A DNA stretch of 64,000 nucleotides, taken from assembly GCF_963921235.1 (NCBI RefSeq), contig NC_086097.1, positions 184,452,001-184,516,000 of the forward strand. The letters are read 5' to 3'. This document shows, in pieces, positions 1 to 12,568 of this stretch; the stretch's first letter is position 1, and every line of letters begins with the position of its first letter. Source of the DNA: Mobula hypostoma. Taxonomy: Eukaryota. The translations under genes and the position numbers were made by a program. The notes under the pieces were generated by a model, which worked only from the letters and a program-made list of their open reading frames with translations, made no database searches and was not told the origin of the DNA.

Positions 1-1684
1 ATGGAAAATATGGATTCAAAGAACACTTAAGTTTATTGAAAAAATATGCTCCAGCATTTCATCAAAATGTGCGACACAAAGCACAATACTGTCTGGAGAC
101 AAATTAGGACTTGCCAATAACTACCTCATACAGAGCACAAATGTTCGCAGGATTTGCCAGCAATATCCTGTTGATAAAATGCAGTTCCACGCCAATCTTC
201 TACTCTTAGGGTTTGATAAGAAAGCTATGTTCACATATCCCTGTAATCTCAGAGTGATTGCTATCAAAACTCGATCGCAAATAGCAATGACTGAAAAGGC
301 GACCGGCTGACAGTGACACAAGGAAAGACATAAGCATAAGTAAATTAGCAAAATATTCCTATTGAGCTTTGGAACTCAGAAGTGGCAAAATAGATCAATA
401 TAATATATTTAGTCCCAATCCAATTGTCCTGTTTTCACAAAAGCATATATAGTAATATTTTAGTTAGTTCATTTACGCTTGGCAAATTTGCTTCTTTGTA
501 GTATATTCGAGACAATCTGAATTTAACACATAAATTAAATTGCTAATATTCCAAATCCTATTGATTAAATAAATGAATTAAATTAATTGAGCGTTCACTT
601 CATTGACCTTCAAAATGCATCAATAATACTGTCATGGTAATCTTGAGATTATGCAGTAATTTGGTACTTTCTATCAGCTGGTGAATTCACAGGGTGGGGT
701 TGAGAATGGAAGTATCCAGTTCTCAAAAATGCAATGAGGGAATACATTTGCAGCCTCCTTTAGGTACTGGCAGGTTGAGCGGAAAAAAAAAATGACATGT
801 GGTATTTGGAATTGTAGATGGAAATATGAAACCCTTCACTAAAAATCTAGAGGAAAATGCATCTGCACTCTCAAGCAACTTGGGACATCATGTGTCAGTA
901 AATTAGAAAAGAATAGCAAGCCGGTTATTAAAATGTACTAGATCAGTAAAATAACAGAATACAATCTGCAAATTTAATTAGACAATGGAATTTTAAGTTT
1001 TTAGTGAGCAAATGCTTCGAATTTTATGTGATGAATAGCCTTGTTTTGACCAACCTTCTGCAAATTTTTGTCTTTCCCATAACTGCAACTCTTCTGCAGA
1101 TTTTTTCATGCCAGTGAATCTCTGCCTCCTCACCTAGTCTTCACACCCAAGCCCAGTAGCCATCTGCAGGGTGAGTTGAGGCCAGGACTAGGAATTGTTG
1201 CTAATTGTCCTAGCTTTTGCATGGGGTAGTGAGGCCAAATGCAAAGACAAAAATAGCCAGGCTGTTTCAGATCATCTAACTTAACACAAGCAAGATTACA
1301 TCCCATGATTCTCGTGCCTTTGAATTGCTAACTAAACAGAAAGTTGGACATTTGTAGTTTTAGAGCTTTCTAAAATGGTGTACATTTAATAGTATACAAC
1401 ACACTTAACTCAGGTGCTGTTCAATGCATAGACTTTTGTCCGAAGCACAAATGATCCCGCACACTGGTGAGGAAAATAAATAAAGACAATTGATTCAATA
1501 TGTGGCCACTATAGTTAATTAGTTTTGTTATCAACTGTTTAATTTTACTTATAACATTAGAACTGATGTGCAACATCTTGAAAATGTCAACAACATATAC
1601 TATGTTCATGGCTCAAACTGTTTTTAATGCTATTGATACACTAATAAATATTTCCAGAGAAATGTAACATTTGTCATTTCATTT

Positions 1685-1944
1685 TATTGAGGTACAGAGC
1701 TGTATAGTCCCTTCTGCTCCTTGCGCTACGTCACCCAGCAATCCCCTGATTTAATACCAGCCTAATTACAGGATAATTTACGATGAGTAATTAACCTACC
1801 AACAGGAATGTCTTTAGACTGTGGGAGGAAACTGGAGCATGTGGAGGAAACTGATGGGGTCCTTACAGGCAGCAACAGGAATTGAACCCTGGGTCGCCTG
1901 TCCTGTGAAGTGTTGTGCGAACCACTACGTTACTGTGCCGCTCC
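1685..1944 (-). mobile_element. tRNA-derived V-type SINE (HE1-like)
   Basis: Minus strand starts GGAGCGGCACAGTAACGTAGTGGTT (A box) ... GGTTCAATTCC (B box), followed by the V-domain-like CCAGTTTCCTCCCACAGTCTAAAGAC and a CR1-like tail. Related copies lie at 13755, 15545, 47150 and 48160. Confidence 0.8.
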
Positions 1945-2010
1945 AAATTGGAGAATCTGTACACTTAATTTTTGATTAAGGTATATAAAGAAAAGACAAA
2001 TATCTACATG

Positions 2011-4683
2011 ATCATTAGAAAGAGGTGATATAAGATCGGAATGTGCAGAATCTTTATGGGTTGAGCAAAGAAATTGCAGGGGTAAAAGGACCCTGATGGC
2101 AGTTATTTATAGGTTTCCAAACAGCTGCAGTGTTGTGGACTACAAATTACAACAGGGAATAGAAAATGCTTGTCAGAAGGGCAGTGTTATGATAATTGTA
2201 GGGGATTTTAACATGCGAGTGGATTGGGAAAATCAGGTCGGCACTGGATCTCAAGAAAGAGAATTTGTAGAACGTGTGCGAGATGGCTTTTTAGAACAGC
2301 TTGTTGTTGAGCCCACTAGGGGATCGGCTGCACTGGATTGGGTATTGTGTAATGAACCGGAGGTGATTAGAGAGATTGAGGTGAAGGAACCCTTAGGAGC
2401 CAGTGATCATAACATAATTGAGTTCACTGTGAAATTTGAAAATGAGAAGCCGAAATCTGATGTGTTGGTATTTCAGTGGAGTAAAGGAAATTACAGTGGC
2501 ATGAGAGAGGAACTGGCCAAAATTGACTGGAAAGGGACACTGGCGGGAAAGACGGCAGAGCAGCAGTGGCTGGAGTTTATGTGAGAAGTGAGGAAGGTGC
2601 AAGACAGGTATATTCCAAAAAAGAAGAAATTTTCGAATGGAAAAAGGATGCAACCGTGGTTGACAAGAGAAGTCAAAGTCAAAGTTAAAGCAAAGGAGAT
2701 GGCACACAAGGAAGCAAAAATTAGTGGAAAGACAGAGGATTGGGAAGTTTTTAAAACCTTACAAAAGGAAACTAAGAAGGTCATTAAGAGGGAAAAGATG
2801 AACTATGAAAGGAAGCTAGCAAATAATATCAAAGAGGATACTGAAAGCTTTTTCAAGTGTATAAAGGGTAAAAGACAGGTAAGAGTAGATATAGGACTGA
2901 TAGAAAATGATGCTGGAGAAATTGTAATGGGAGATAAGGAGATGGCAGAGGAAATGAATGAGTATTTTGCATCAGTCTTCACTGAGGAAGACATCAGCAG
3001 TATACCGGACACTCAAGGGTGGCAGGGAAGAGAAGTGTGTGCAGTGACAATTACGACAGAGAAAGTACTCAGGAAGCTGAATAGTCTAAAGGTAGATAAA
3101 TCTCCTGGACCAGATGGAATGCACCCACGTGTTCTGAAGGAAGTAGCTGTGGAGATCGGGGAGGCATTAGCGATGATCTTTCAAAAGTCAATAGATTCTG
3201 GCGTGGTTCCGGAAGACTGGAAGATTGCAAATGTCACTCCGCTATTTAAGAAGGGGGCAAGGAAGCAAAAAGGAAATTATAGACCTGTTAGCTTGACATC
3301 GGTAGTTAGGAAGTTGTTGGAGTCGATTGTCAAGGATGAGGTTACAGAGTACCTGGAGGCATATGACAAGATAGGCAGAACTCAGCATGGATTCCTTAAA
3401 GGAAAATCCTGCCTGACAAACCCATTACAATTTTTTGAGGAAATTACCAGTGGGCTAGACAAGGGAGATGCAGTGGATGTTGTATATTTGGATTTTCAGA
3501 AGGCCTTTGACAAGGTGCCGCACATGAGGCTACTTAACAAGATAAGAGCCCATGGAATTACAGGAAAGTTACATACGTGGATAGAGTGTTGGCTGATTGG
3601 CAGGAAACAGAGAGTGGGAATAAAGGGATCTTATTCTGGTTGGCTGCTGGTTACCAGTGGTCTTCCACAGGGGTCCGTGTTGGGGCTGCTTCTTTTTACA
3701 TTGTACATCAACGATTTGGATTATGGAATAGATGGCTTTGTGGCTAAGTTTGCTGACGATACGAAGATAGATGGAAGGGCCGGTAGTGCTGAGGAAACAG
3801 AGAGTCTGTAGAGAGACTTGGATAGATTGGAAGAATGGGCAAAGAAGTGGCAAATGAAATACAATGCTGGAAAGTGTATGGTTATGCACTTTGGCAGAAG
3901 AAATAAACAGGCAGACTATTATTTAAATGGAGAAAGAATTCAAAGTTCTGGGATGCAATGGGACTTGGGAGTCCTCGTACAGGATACCCTTAAGGTTAAC
4001 CTCCAGGTTGAGTTGGTAGTAAAGAAGGTGAATGCAATGTTGGCATTCATTTCTAGAGGAATAGAGTATAGGAGCAGGGATATGATGTTGAGGCTCTATA
4101 AGGCGCTGGTGAGATCTCACTTCAAGTGCTGTGGGCAGTTTTGGTCTCCTTATTTAAGAAAGGATGTGCTGACGTTGGAGAGGGTACAGAGAAGATTCAC
4201 TAGAATGAATCCGGGAATGAGAGGGTTAACATACGAGGAACGTTTGTTCACTCTTGGACTGTATTCCTTGGAGTTTAGAAGAATGAGGGGAGACCTCATA
4301 GAAACATTTCGAATGTTGAAAGGCATGGACAGAGTGGATGTGGCAAAGTTGTTTCCCAAATGGGGGAGTCTAGTACGAGAGGGCATGACTTAAGGATTGA
4401 AGGGCGCCCATTCAGAACAGAAATGCAAAGAAATTTTTTTAGTCAGAGAGTGGTGAATCTGTGGAATTTGTTTCCACGGGCAGCAGTGGAGGTCAAGTCA
4501 TTGGGTGTATTTAAGGCAGAGATTGATAGGTATCTGAGTAGCCAGGGTATCAAAGGTTATGATGAGAAGGCGGGGGAGTGGGACTAAATGGGAGAATGGA
4601 TCAGCTCCTGATAAAATGGCGGCGCAGACTCGATGGGCCGAATGGCCGACTTCTGCTCCTTTGTCTTATGGTCTTTTCTTATG
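2011..4683 (+). mobile_element. CR1-clade LINE (HER1-like), 5'-truncated; ORF2 with APE endonuclease and RT nearly intact
   Basis: ORFs 2096-2584, 2588-3811 and 3818-4393 share one frame and contain GDFN, SDH, KSPGPDG, NYRPVSLTS, DFQKAFDKV, PQGSVLG and KFADD. There are two stops (2582 TGA, 3809 TAG) and one frameshift near 4360. The 3' end is GATGGGCCGAATGGCC...TCTTATGGTCTT. Confidence 0.97.
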
Positions 4684-5456
4684 ATAACTGAAAGGATATT
4701 AATGAAATAATTCCAAACATGATTATATGCTTAGTGAGTGGTGTCACCTGAACAACTAGAAGTGAAAAATAACCAATTCTTGCTAAACATCAAGATCTCT
4801 GGAGAGGTTGTAGCCCTGCTCGTCCCTATCATCTATATATGGGGAGAGCATGAACTGCCAGGGATCTCACAGATGCTGTAAACATAAACATGAATATCAA
4901 GACAGATTTAATTTTGTAAACTACAGAGTTTCTCCATTGTTGGTTATAGGGAAAGTTATCACCAAGATTCCTCTGAACAACTTTCTTCTTGTAACCACAG
5001 AGTAACTTCCTGAAATGCACTGTGGATTCCATCCACTTAGAGTTATCATGGACATGGCTCCATCATGTAACAACTCTATGGGAAGGCAAGAAGCAGCATC
5101 ATTTACTTAGCACTGACTTTTTTTGACTTCAGTAAAGCCTCAACAAGCTTCCCAGCTGGAATGGAGCTAATCTGTAAAACAAATGGGAAAGTGTCAAAAA
5201 TAAGGGGGATCAAGAGTGGATTCCTGAGAATTACCAGGGGGTAACTGTGAGAGTGTGGAACAGGAAACCATTGCAATTGGTTCTCAGGCTGTGGCTGGAT
5301 AGCTACATCTGGAACCTGGTAAGTGCACTCCAACTAACTGAGTGTAATGATAGTGAAGAGTGACTGTAGAAGGACGGTGTTGCTAAGAGAAGGGAATAAA
5401 CAAGAAGCAATGGATAACTTTTATTGTAGTCACAAAAGTTTGTCACTACTGACTTC

Positions 5457-5588
5457 AGACAATAGACAATAGACAATAGGTGCAGGAGTAGGCCCTTTGG
5501 CCCTTCGAGCCAGCACCACCTTTCACTGTGATCATGGCTGATCATCCACTATCAGTATCCAGTTCCTGCCTTATCCCCATAACCTTTA
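5457..5588 (-). mobile_element. CR1 3' terminal fragment with (TCTATTG)n tail
   Basis: Reverse complement is nearly identical to the 3' end of the CR1 at about 22525-22655. Confidence 0.9.
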
Positions 5589-6152
5589 GTAAGAACCCTA
5601 TTGATATTCTGGCTTGAACAGACATTTGTTTACAGTGATTCTCCAAAATGATCTAGAAAAGATGTCCATGAATTTTGGAGCTCATAATCTACCCTGCTTC
5701 ACTGATGTCATTTAGGAAACCATTCACCATCCTTACTCAGTAAGGCCTTGCACAAATCCATAAATGATCTCTTCAATAGACTGGCAGTATATTCATTGTT
5801 CAAGGAAAAACCTAAGTGCTGCCTTGTCAACATTACTAGCACATGAATAACTAAAATTATAAACAGTATTTGAGAAGGAATAATGTGTACAGGAACTTTG
5901 AGGAGGAATGAGAGGAGAGCAATAGTTCCCCATATTTATATTTTCTCATATTTTCCTATTACAGAGATTCTGAGCTTTCCCATCTGTCCCGTTACCCCAG
6001 TTATTTCCTGGTGACCTATTTTATCTCACAGCCCAGCGACTCCTACTTCCCACTCCAAACCCCACCCTATAGCACCACCAATCCTCTTACTGCCCACCTA
6101 CCAACCACCATGTCTTTGCAATATGGGAAAGAGCCCATACAATCACAGGTAA

Positions 6153-6601
6153 GGATTTCCACCACCTAGGACATGCTCTCTTCTCACTGATGCCCTCAGG
6201 AAAATGGTACAGGAGCCTCAGGACCCACACCACCAGGTTCAGGCACAGTTATTACCCCTCAGCCATCAGGCTCTTGAACCAAAGGGGATCATTTCACTCA
6301 ACTTCACTCACCCCATCATTGAACTGTTCCCACAACCCTTTAAGTCAAGTCACTTTCAAAGATTCCTCATTTCATGTTCTCGATATTTATTGCTTATTTA
6401 TTTCTTTATTATTATTATTATTTTTTACTTGCACAGTTTGTTGTCTTTTGCACACTTGCTGTCCATCCTGTTGGATGCAGTCTCTCATTGATTTTATTAT
6501 GTTACTTGCATTTTCTGAGTATGCCCACAAAAAATGAATCTCGGTGTTGTATATGGTGTCATAGACATACTGTGATAATAATAAATTTACTTTGCACTTT
6601 G
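6153..6601 (+). mobile_element. Rex1/Babar-type LINE 3' fragment
   Basis: Encodes HALFSLMPSGKWYRSLRTHTTRFRHSYYPSAIRLLN, a typical Rex1/Babar ORF C-terminus. The 3' UTR ends AATAAATTTACTTTGCACTTTG. Confidence 0.85.
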
Positions 6602-7949
6602 TAAGTACAGACTAGTAGACCGATGTTTCTGATGCTGAGATCGGTGGATGTCATGGGATTCAGCCCAGTGAGATGACCCAGAAATGAAAGTTTATTATTT
6701 CTTATCCTGAAACAAATTATTTGTTGAATACATTCTATCCTCACCAGTCCACTGCATTCCTTCCCTCCAACACTGCCATCTTCATCCTTACACACCAGCA
6801 GAACCCATTCATTCCCAACCCCAATGCTCAAAGTCAGCTTCATATGGCCCATTTCCAGGATTACAACAGACAATAGGAGTTTATGTGCTGGTGGGCATCC
6901 ATGATGTTCCAAAAGATGTCCACCAGTCCCCTGCTAATTTAATACATTTGACCTTGAGCACTCTTGACTGAGTCAGTATGAAAGATCAGGCTTGATTGTG
7001 CCTAACTGCTGGGATTATAAATTAATTGCTACATCATATCACTGAAGAATTTTGAGGACCTTATTTTTCCTTAATTACTGAAAGTTGAATCAGTTAACGT
7101 GAAATTTCATGGCACAATCAGTTGAGGCATTTCACTTTGAACTGCCTGTCATTCATTCACTCTCTTATTTTCATGTAGTCTCCACATGTAGAGTTGATAT
7201 TAATGATATCATTTGTACTCTGAAATATATGTAATACATTTACAGATAACAAAGAACATATTCATTTAAGTAAGTGCTTTAGTACATGAAATACAAATAT
7301 AAAAGCTTTAGAACAGACAAAATTAGACTTGTTTTTTATATAAATTAATAAAATACTGAGAAAATCCTTGAACTGTGTAATTTTAAGATATATTATTTTG
7401 AGGAAGTAATTAGCTGATAACATTTATCTGATCCAAAATGCAACTACAATATGTTCAAAACAGAGTAGTCATCACCAACTCCGTGTTATAAAGTCCTTAT
7501 ATAATTATTTGCCTGAACTCACTAATTAAAGGTTTACAGGTCACTATTGTCTGTTCAGCTTCTACAATTTGCAAATTATTTTTCAAGTATTTTGTAGCCA
7601 CATTTTTTCTTATATAGTTCAGCACACAACAAGATTATTACTCTTAGAAGGAAGCTTTGGAGTTGGGCAAAGCTATTAGCATAGATGAGTCACTTGCTGC
7701 AACAGATCAGGACTCCATCTGTCAAAGTGTTAGAGCACTGCCAATCATACCACAATTAAAGCAACATGCATACTTCTTAACTATGTATTTTCGATCAAAA
7801 AAATGTTATCAAGGGATTACTGCTAGGCTAGCTTGACCTTCCTAGATAGGTAGGGAGAATCTTATTGCTTGTTCAGCTACCACCTTTATGGTGCTTGCTA
7901 TAATTAGCTGACACTGGTGCAGGAACCTTCTTATTTGGGGCACTTACTT

Positions 7950-8990
7950 GGGTCTTCCCTGCCTCTCATAATTTTATATACTCCTATCAGATTGTCCCCT
8001 CAGCTTCTGATTCTTATGGAAGACAGTCATAGTTTATCTTCCCGCTCCCCTTAGCTAATACTGCCCAATCCAGGCAACATCCTCATGAAACTGTTCTGCA
8101 CCTTCCCAAAGCCTCCACAACTTTCCTGTAATATGTGACCAAAAATACACACAATGCTCCAAATATGGCCGAAATAAAGAATTTGTCAGTTTCAATATGG
8201 ACTTCTCAACTTTTATGCTCAGTCCCCTGGGTGATGAAGCTGACAATGCCAAACTCCTTCTATACCATTCGATCTATTTGTGTTGCCACTTCCAGGGAGA
8301 TGTGGATTTGGATGCCAAGATCCCTCAGTACATCAATGTTCCTAAGGGACCTGCCATTTACTGTATGCTTCTGTATTGCATTGAAGCTTCAAATTCACCA
8401 TCCCACACTTTTTCCAGATTAAACACTATTTGCCACATCTCCTATCTTATTTCCAACTGATGTATATCCTGTGGTACTCTTAGATAATCTTCATCATTAT
8501 CCATAATTTCAACACTTGAACTCATCTGCAAACTTACAAATCAGACCACCTACATTTTTATTACGATCATTTGTGTGTATCACAAACAATGGAGAACCCA
8601 GCTCAGGATCATGTTAGACATGACTGGGTACAGACGTCCAATCAGAAAAGCACCCTTCCTTCACCATTCTTTGTCTTGTATGTCTCAGCCTATCTTGTAT
8701 CCAACTCAACAACTCAGCACAGATCCCATGTAATCCTCTGGGCCAGTTTGTCATAAGGAACCTTGTTAAGAGCTTTGCTAAAGTCCATGTAGACAACATT
8801 CACTATCTTCTGCTTGTTGGCCATTTTCCTCAAAGCATTCAGTAGGACCTCCCCAAACAAAGCCATGCTGACTTTCCCTAATAAATCCCTATATGTACAA
8901 ATGTAACCATATCCCGTCTCTAAGAAACTCCTTTAATAGTATCCCCACCATTGATGTAAGTCTCACTGAGAGGTATTTGGGAGCTTTGAG
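7950..8990 (-). mobile_element. Old, degenerate CR1 LINE fragment (RT region)
   Basis: Minus-strand remnants VYMDFSKALNKVP and RPYLEHCVYFWSH, with many indels. Confidence 0.8.
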
Positions 8991-9014
8991 AGCGAGCAAA
9001 TTTTGATGGCGTGA

Positions 9015-9900
9015 ATACAGAGCACAGAGCAGTACATCACAGTATAGGCCCTTCAGCCCGTGATGTTGTGCCAGTTCTCCAACCAACTCTAAGATCACTT
9101 CCCTCCCGCATAGCCCTCCTTTTTACGTCCATCTATGTGACTATCTAAGCGTCTCTTAATTGTCCCTAATGTATCTGCCTCTACCATCACCCCAGCAGTG
9201 CGACCCACACACCCTCCATTCTCTGTGTAAAAAGAACTACCACTGACATTCACCCCCATAATCTCTTAAGGCAATTGCCTTAAATTTATGCCCCTTTATT
9301 TTAGTCATTTCTGCCCTGGGAAAAAAATTTCCTGGCTGTCCATCCAATCTATGCCTCATCATTTTGTCAACCTCTATCAAGTTATCTCTCATCCTCCTTC
9401 ACTCCAAAGAGAAAAGCTCTCACTTGCTCAACCAGTCCTCATAAGACATGCTCTTGATTCCAGGCAGCATTCTGGTAAATCTCTTCTGCACCCTCTCTAA
9501 AGCTTCCTATAATAAGACAAACAGAAATGAACACAATATTCCAAGTGTGATCTAGCCATTGTTTTATAGAGATGCAACATTGCCTCACAGCTATGGAACT
9601 CAATACCCTAAGTAATGAAGACCAGCATGCCATATGCCTTCTTAACCACACTATCCACTTGCATGGCAACATTGAGGGATCTATGAACATTGACGTAAAG
9701 ATCGCTCTGTCCCTCCTCACTGCTAAGAATCCTGCCATTCACCCTGTACTCTGCCTTTAAGTTGGACCATCCACTATGTCAGTTTTCTGGCTTGAACTCT
9801 ATCTGCCACTTCTTAGCCCAGCTCTGCATCCTATCAATGTCACATTGTAACCTACGACAACCTTCTACTCTATCAACAATGCCACCAACCTGCATGTAAT
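9015..9900 (-). mobile_element. CR1 LINE 3' fragment
   Basis: CR1 3' end (GGGCTGAAGGGCCTATACTGTG) near 9040-9060, plus RT C-terminal remnants (LDHTWNIVF, RMQSWAKKWQIEF). Confidence 0.85.
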
Positions 9901-10424
9901 TACTTAATATCTATTGTTAAAAACTGTTTTTTATTCAATAGTTTACATATTATTTGCAGACTAAATACTAGAATAATATTAATTTGTTGGTGCTCAAATG
10001 AATATGATTTCATTTGGCATTTGGTAAAGAAACATTGACTATAAGCTGCAGATGTTTCACATCACATTGGCTCTCTATTGCCAGATATTTTAAGTATGTT
10101 TCCTTTATTAGTCTACTTGGAAAGAAACAAAAAGCAAATTTATTGAAATATTAGACCGTTTAAATGTGCCGATGTATATTTTGCACAATATGAAACAAAT
10201 TTCTAATGCTGTCAACTAAACTCTTCAATATCAATTAATAATAATTGAGATATCTTCAAAGGTAAAACTTTATAACATTTCAGAAAAGAACCACTATTGT
10301 GCAGGGTTTGTACTGAATTTTCCCTTCAATTATGTATTTGTTGACCTGGTACATGCTATTCCATTAATCCATCTCAGCTGGTTCAAATTAGTTCCTGGTC
10401 CAAGTATACCCAATGGTTTGACTT

Positions 10425-10732
10425 TCCAAAGCAAATCAGCTCAAATGGATTTTAATACAGTTAAATGTAATGTGAGGATTTTGGAAAGTCAAACCAGTGT
10501 AGGATGTATACCACAAATGGGAGGACAGGAGGGCATGAGGTACAGTAACAGAGGGACCTAGGAGTACAAGTGCACACTTTGTTGAATGCAGCATTCCAGG
10601 TAGACAGGGTGGTGAAAAATGGAGGGTTATGGGCAAGTAGGAGGAAAATATTAGTTTGATTGTGGTGTATCTTTATCCAGGTTGGCACAATATCATTGGC
10701 TGAAGGGTTCATACCGTGTTGTACTGTTCTAA
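10425..10732 (+). mobile_element. Degenerate, internally deleted CR1 3' fragment
   Basis: QMDFNTVKCNVRILE and RDLGVQVH remnants, then GGCTGAAGGGTTCATACCGTGTTGTACTGTTCT 3' end. Confidence 0.7.
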
Positions 10733-12493
10733 ATTTTAAAAAAAGTATTGGGAAAAATATTTGATCAAGAGTGTAGGGTCAAGTCAGTAGAAGCTATTTG
10801 TGATTGGTGGGTGAAAAAGAAAGGTCTGTCAGGTGCAGGTGGAAAGATTAGTTGCATAAAGTGTATCTGATGACAGTTTGCTTTTGGAGGATGCCGTGCA
10901 TCCAGTTAAAGGGAAGAAGGGTGAAGGATGCAATACATGAAACAGCAAGGGGTTATGTAGCAGTCTGTAAACTCTCAGAGTAAATGCTTATGCAAAAACA
11001 ATAAGAAAGGGATGAAAATAGAAAAGTAGCTTCAAATGGTTACAAGCAACCTTGCATAGTTTGTTCAATAATCTTTTCTGGCTTGAGGAATTTTTCCCAG
11101 ATTTTTCTACCATAAAAGTAACATTTTATTTTCAAAGTACAGTACTTCAGGATTAGGCTATGAATAAGGCAGTGTTTTTTTTTTAATTTCAGAAACCAAT
11201 AGGAGAAGCAGAATTCTTATCACAAAATACTGGTCTTTGGTACATAATTTGTGAATCATATCTATCTCGCATGCAGTGTTTTGATTCATGTCCCTGTCAT
11301 TGTGATGCCAGGAATCTGTGAGAGCTATATTTATTTGTTTTACTGCATAATGGCTAAGTTTGCTTTGATTTTACCTAAGAAGTCATCTGCCGTTGTTGGT
11401 GCCACATTTTCGTTGGTCAACTAGTAGCATGATTTATAATGCATCCTTAACACTCAACTTGTGGAGTAAAACAGCTGTAAATCTTGTTTTTGTTGTAAAG
11501 GGTTAAAGCCTTTCCTGTTGAAAAGTGCATGGGCCTCATTGCTGGTTTACATTTACTAAATTGCTCTGGAGAGTGTGATGTATTCCTTTCTTTTCTGGCA
11601 TTCCAATAGAAAGACTACTAGTATGTTATGACCTGGTTTGATTTACATTTGGAAATGAAAAGTGCTATAATTTGTGTAATACATTTGTTGTGAATGCCAA
11701 AAATTGCTTCGTGGTTTCATTGGTATCCATCTGGTTTTATTTTTATTGTGTTCAAGTCACATGAAATGTTGCTTGGCTGTTTTCATTTTTATTAGTCAGT
11801 ATTGATTTATGACTTTCAAAGTAAAAATAATTGGTCTGCATATGACTTACTTTACAGCTCTTTGTACGAGAGGAATGCTAGTGGCTGGAAAAGGAGGCTT
11901 ACCAGCTGAAGTCTCATACAGTACACATTATGTGACAAAAAGCAGCCCTCTATTTCTGCTTCACTGTGTATTTATTTAACCGGCGCCCCCTTGACTGTTA
12001 GCGATGTTGCAGATCTTTGTGCTGAATACTTGTGTGCCCTATATTAGAGTAGTCATGAATACACTCTAAAAGCTGTGAAAAATAACTACCTTTAGTGTTC
12101 AAGATCCTTTTTTTATTTTACTCATGAAAATTTAAGGAACCATTAATTAAACTTTCTATCTGTGACAGTTTAATGTTGAATTTAGTAAATATCCTGCAAG
12201 AAGTCTCTGACTACAACTTAAGACGACAGTACTTGAAAAGGTTTGCTAAATTCTGTGCAGTTTTTTTTAATACTACTGGTGCTGAGATATGTTGGAATGC
12301 TGGCTGATATGTGGATGAACATTGGTGGTGCAAATCACATCCAATGACACTCTAAACTAGAGTGGTCAATTAGCTGATCAAGTTGTACATAATTGGGATT
12401 TCCAAGGAGTGGAGAAACCCAATTTAGAGAGCACCTTACATCAAAGTTGCTGGTGAACGCAGCAGGCCAGGCAGCATCTCTAGGAAGAGGTAC

Positions 12494-12529
12494 AGTCGAC
12501 GTTTCAGGCCGAGACCCTTCCTCAGGACT
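12494..12529 (-). ncRNA. Minimal type I hammerhead ribozyme motif (opposite-strand copy)
   Basis: Minus strand reads AGTC-CTGAGGA-AGG(GTCTCGG)CCT-GAAACGTC-GACT, with a 4-bp stem I. Confidence 0.75.
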
Positions 12530-12534
12530 CCAGT

Positions 12535-12568
12535 GTCCTGACGAAGGGTCTCGGCCTGAAACGTCGAC
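12535..12568 (+). ncRNA. Minimal type I hammerhead ribozyme motif
   Basis: GTC-CTGACGA-AGG(GTCTCGG)CCT-GAAACGTC-GAC: CUGANGA core, stem II, GAAA, palindromic ACGT in place of stem III, GUC cleavage triplet, and a 3-bp stem I. Confidence 0.75.

Noticed and set aside
1..310. Open frames at the window start (frame 2, about 102 codons; frame 3 GKYGFKEHLSLLKKYAPAF...)
   Set aside because: No recognisable protein family and the upstream context is missing, so a CDS call cannot be supported.
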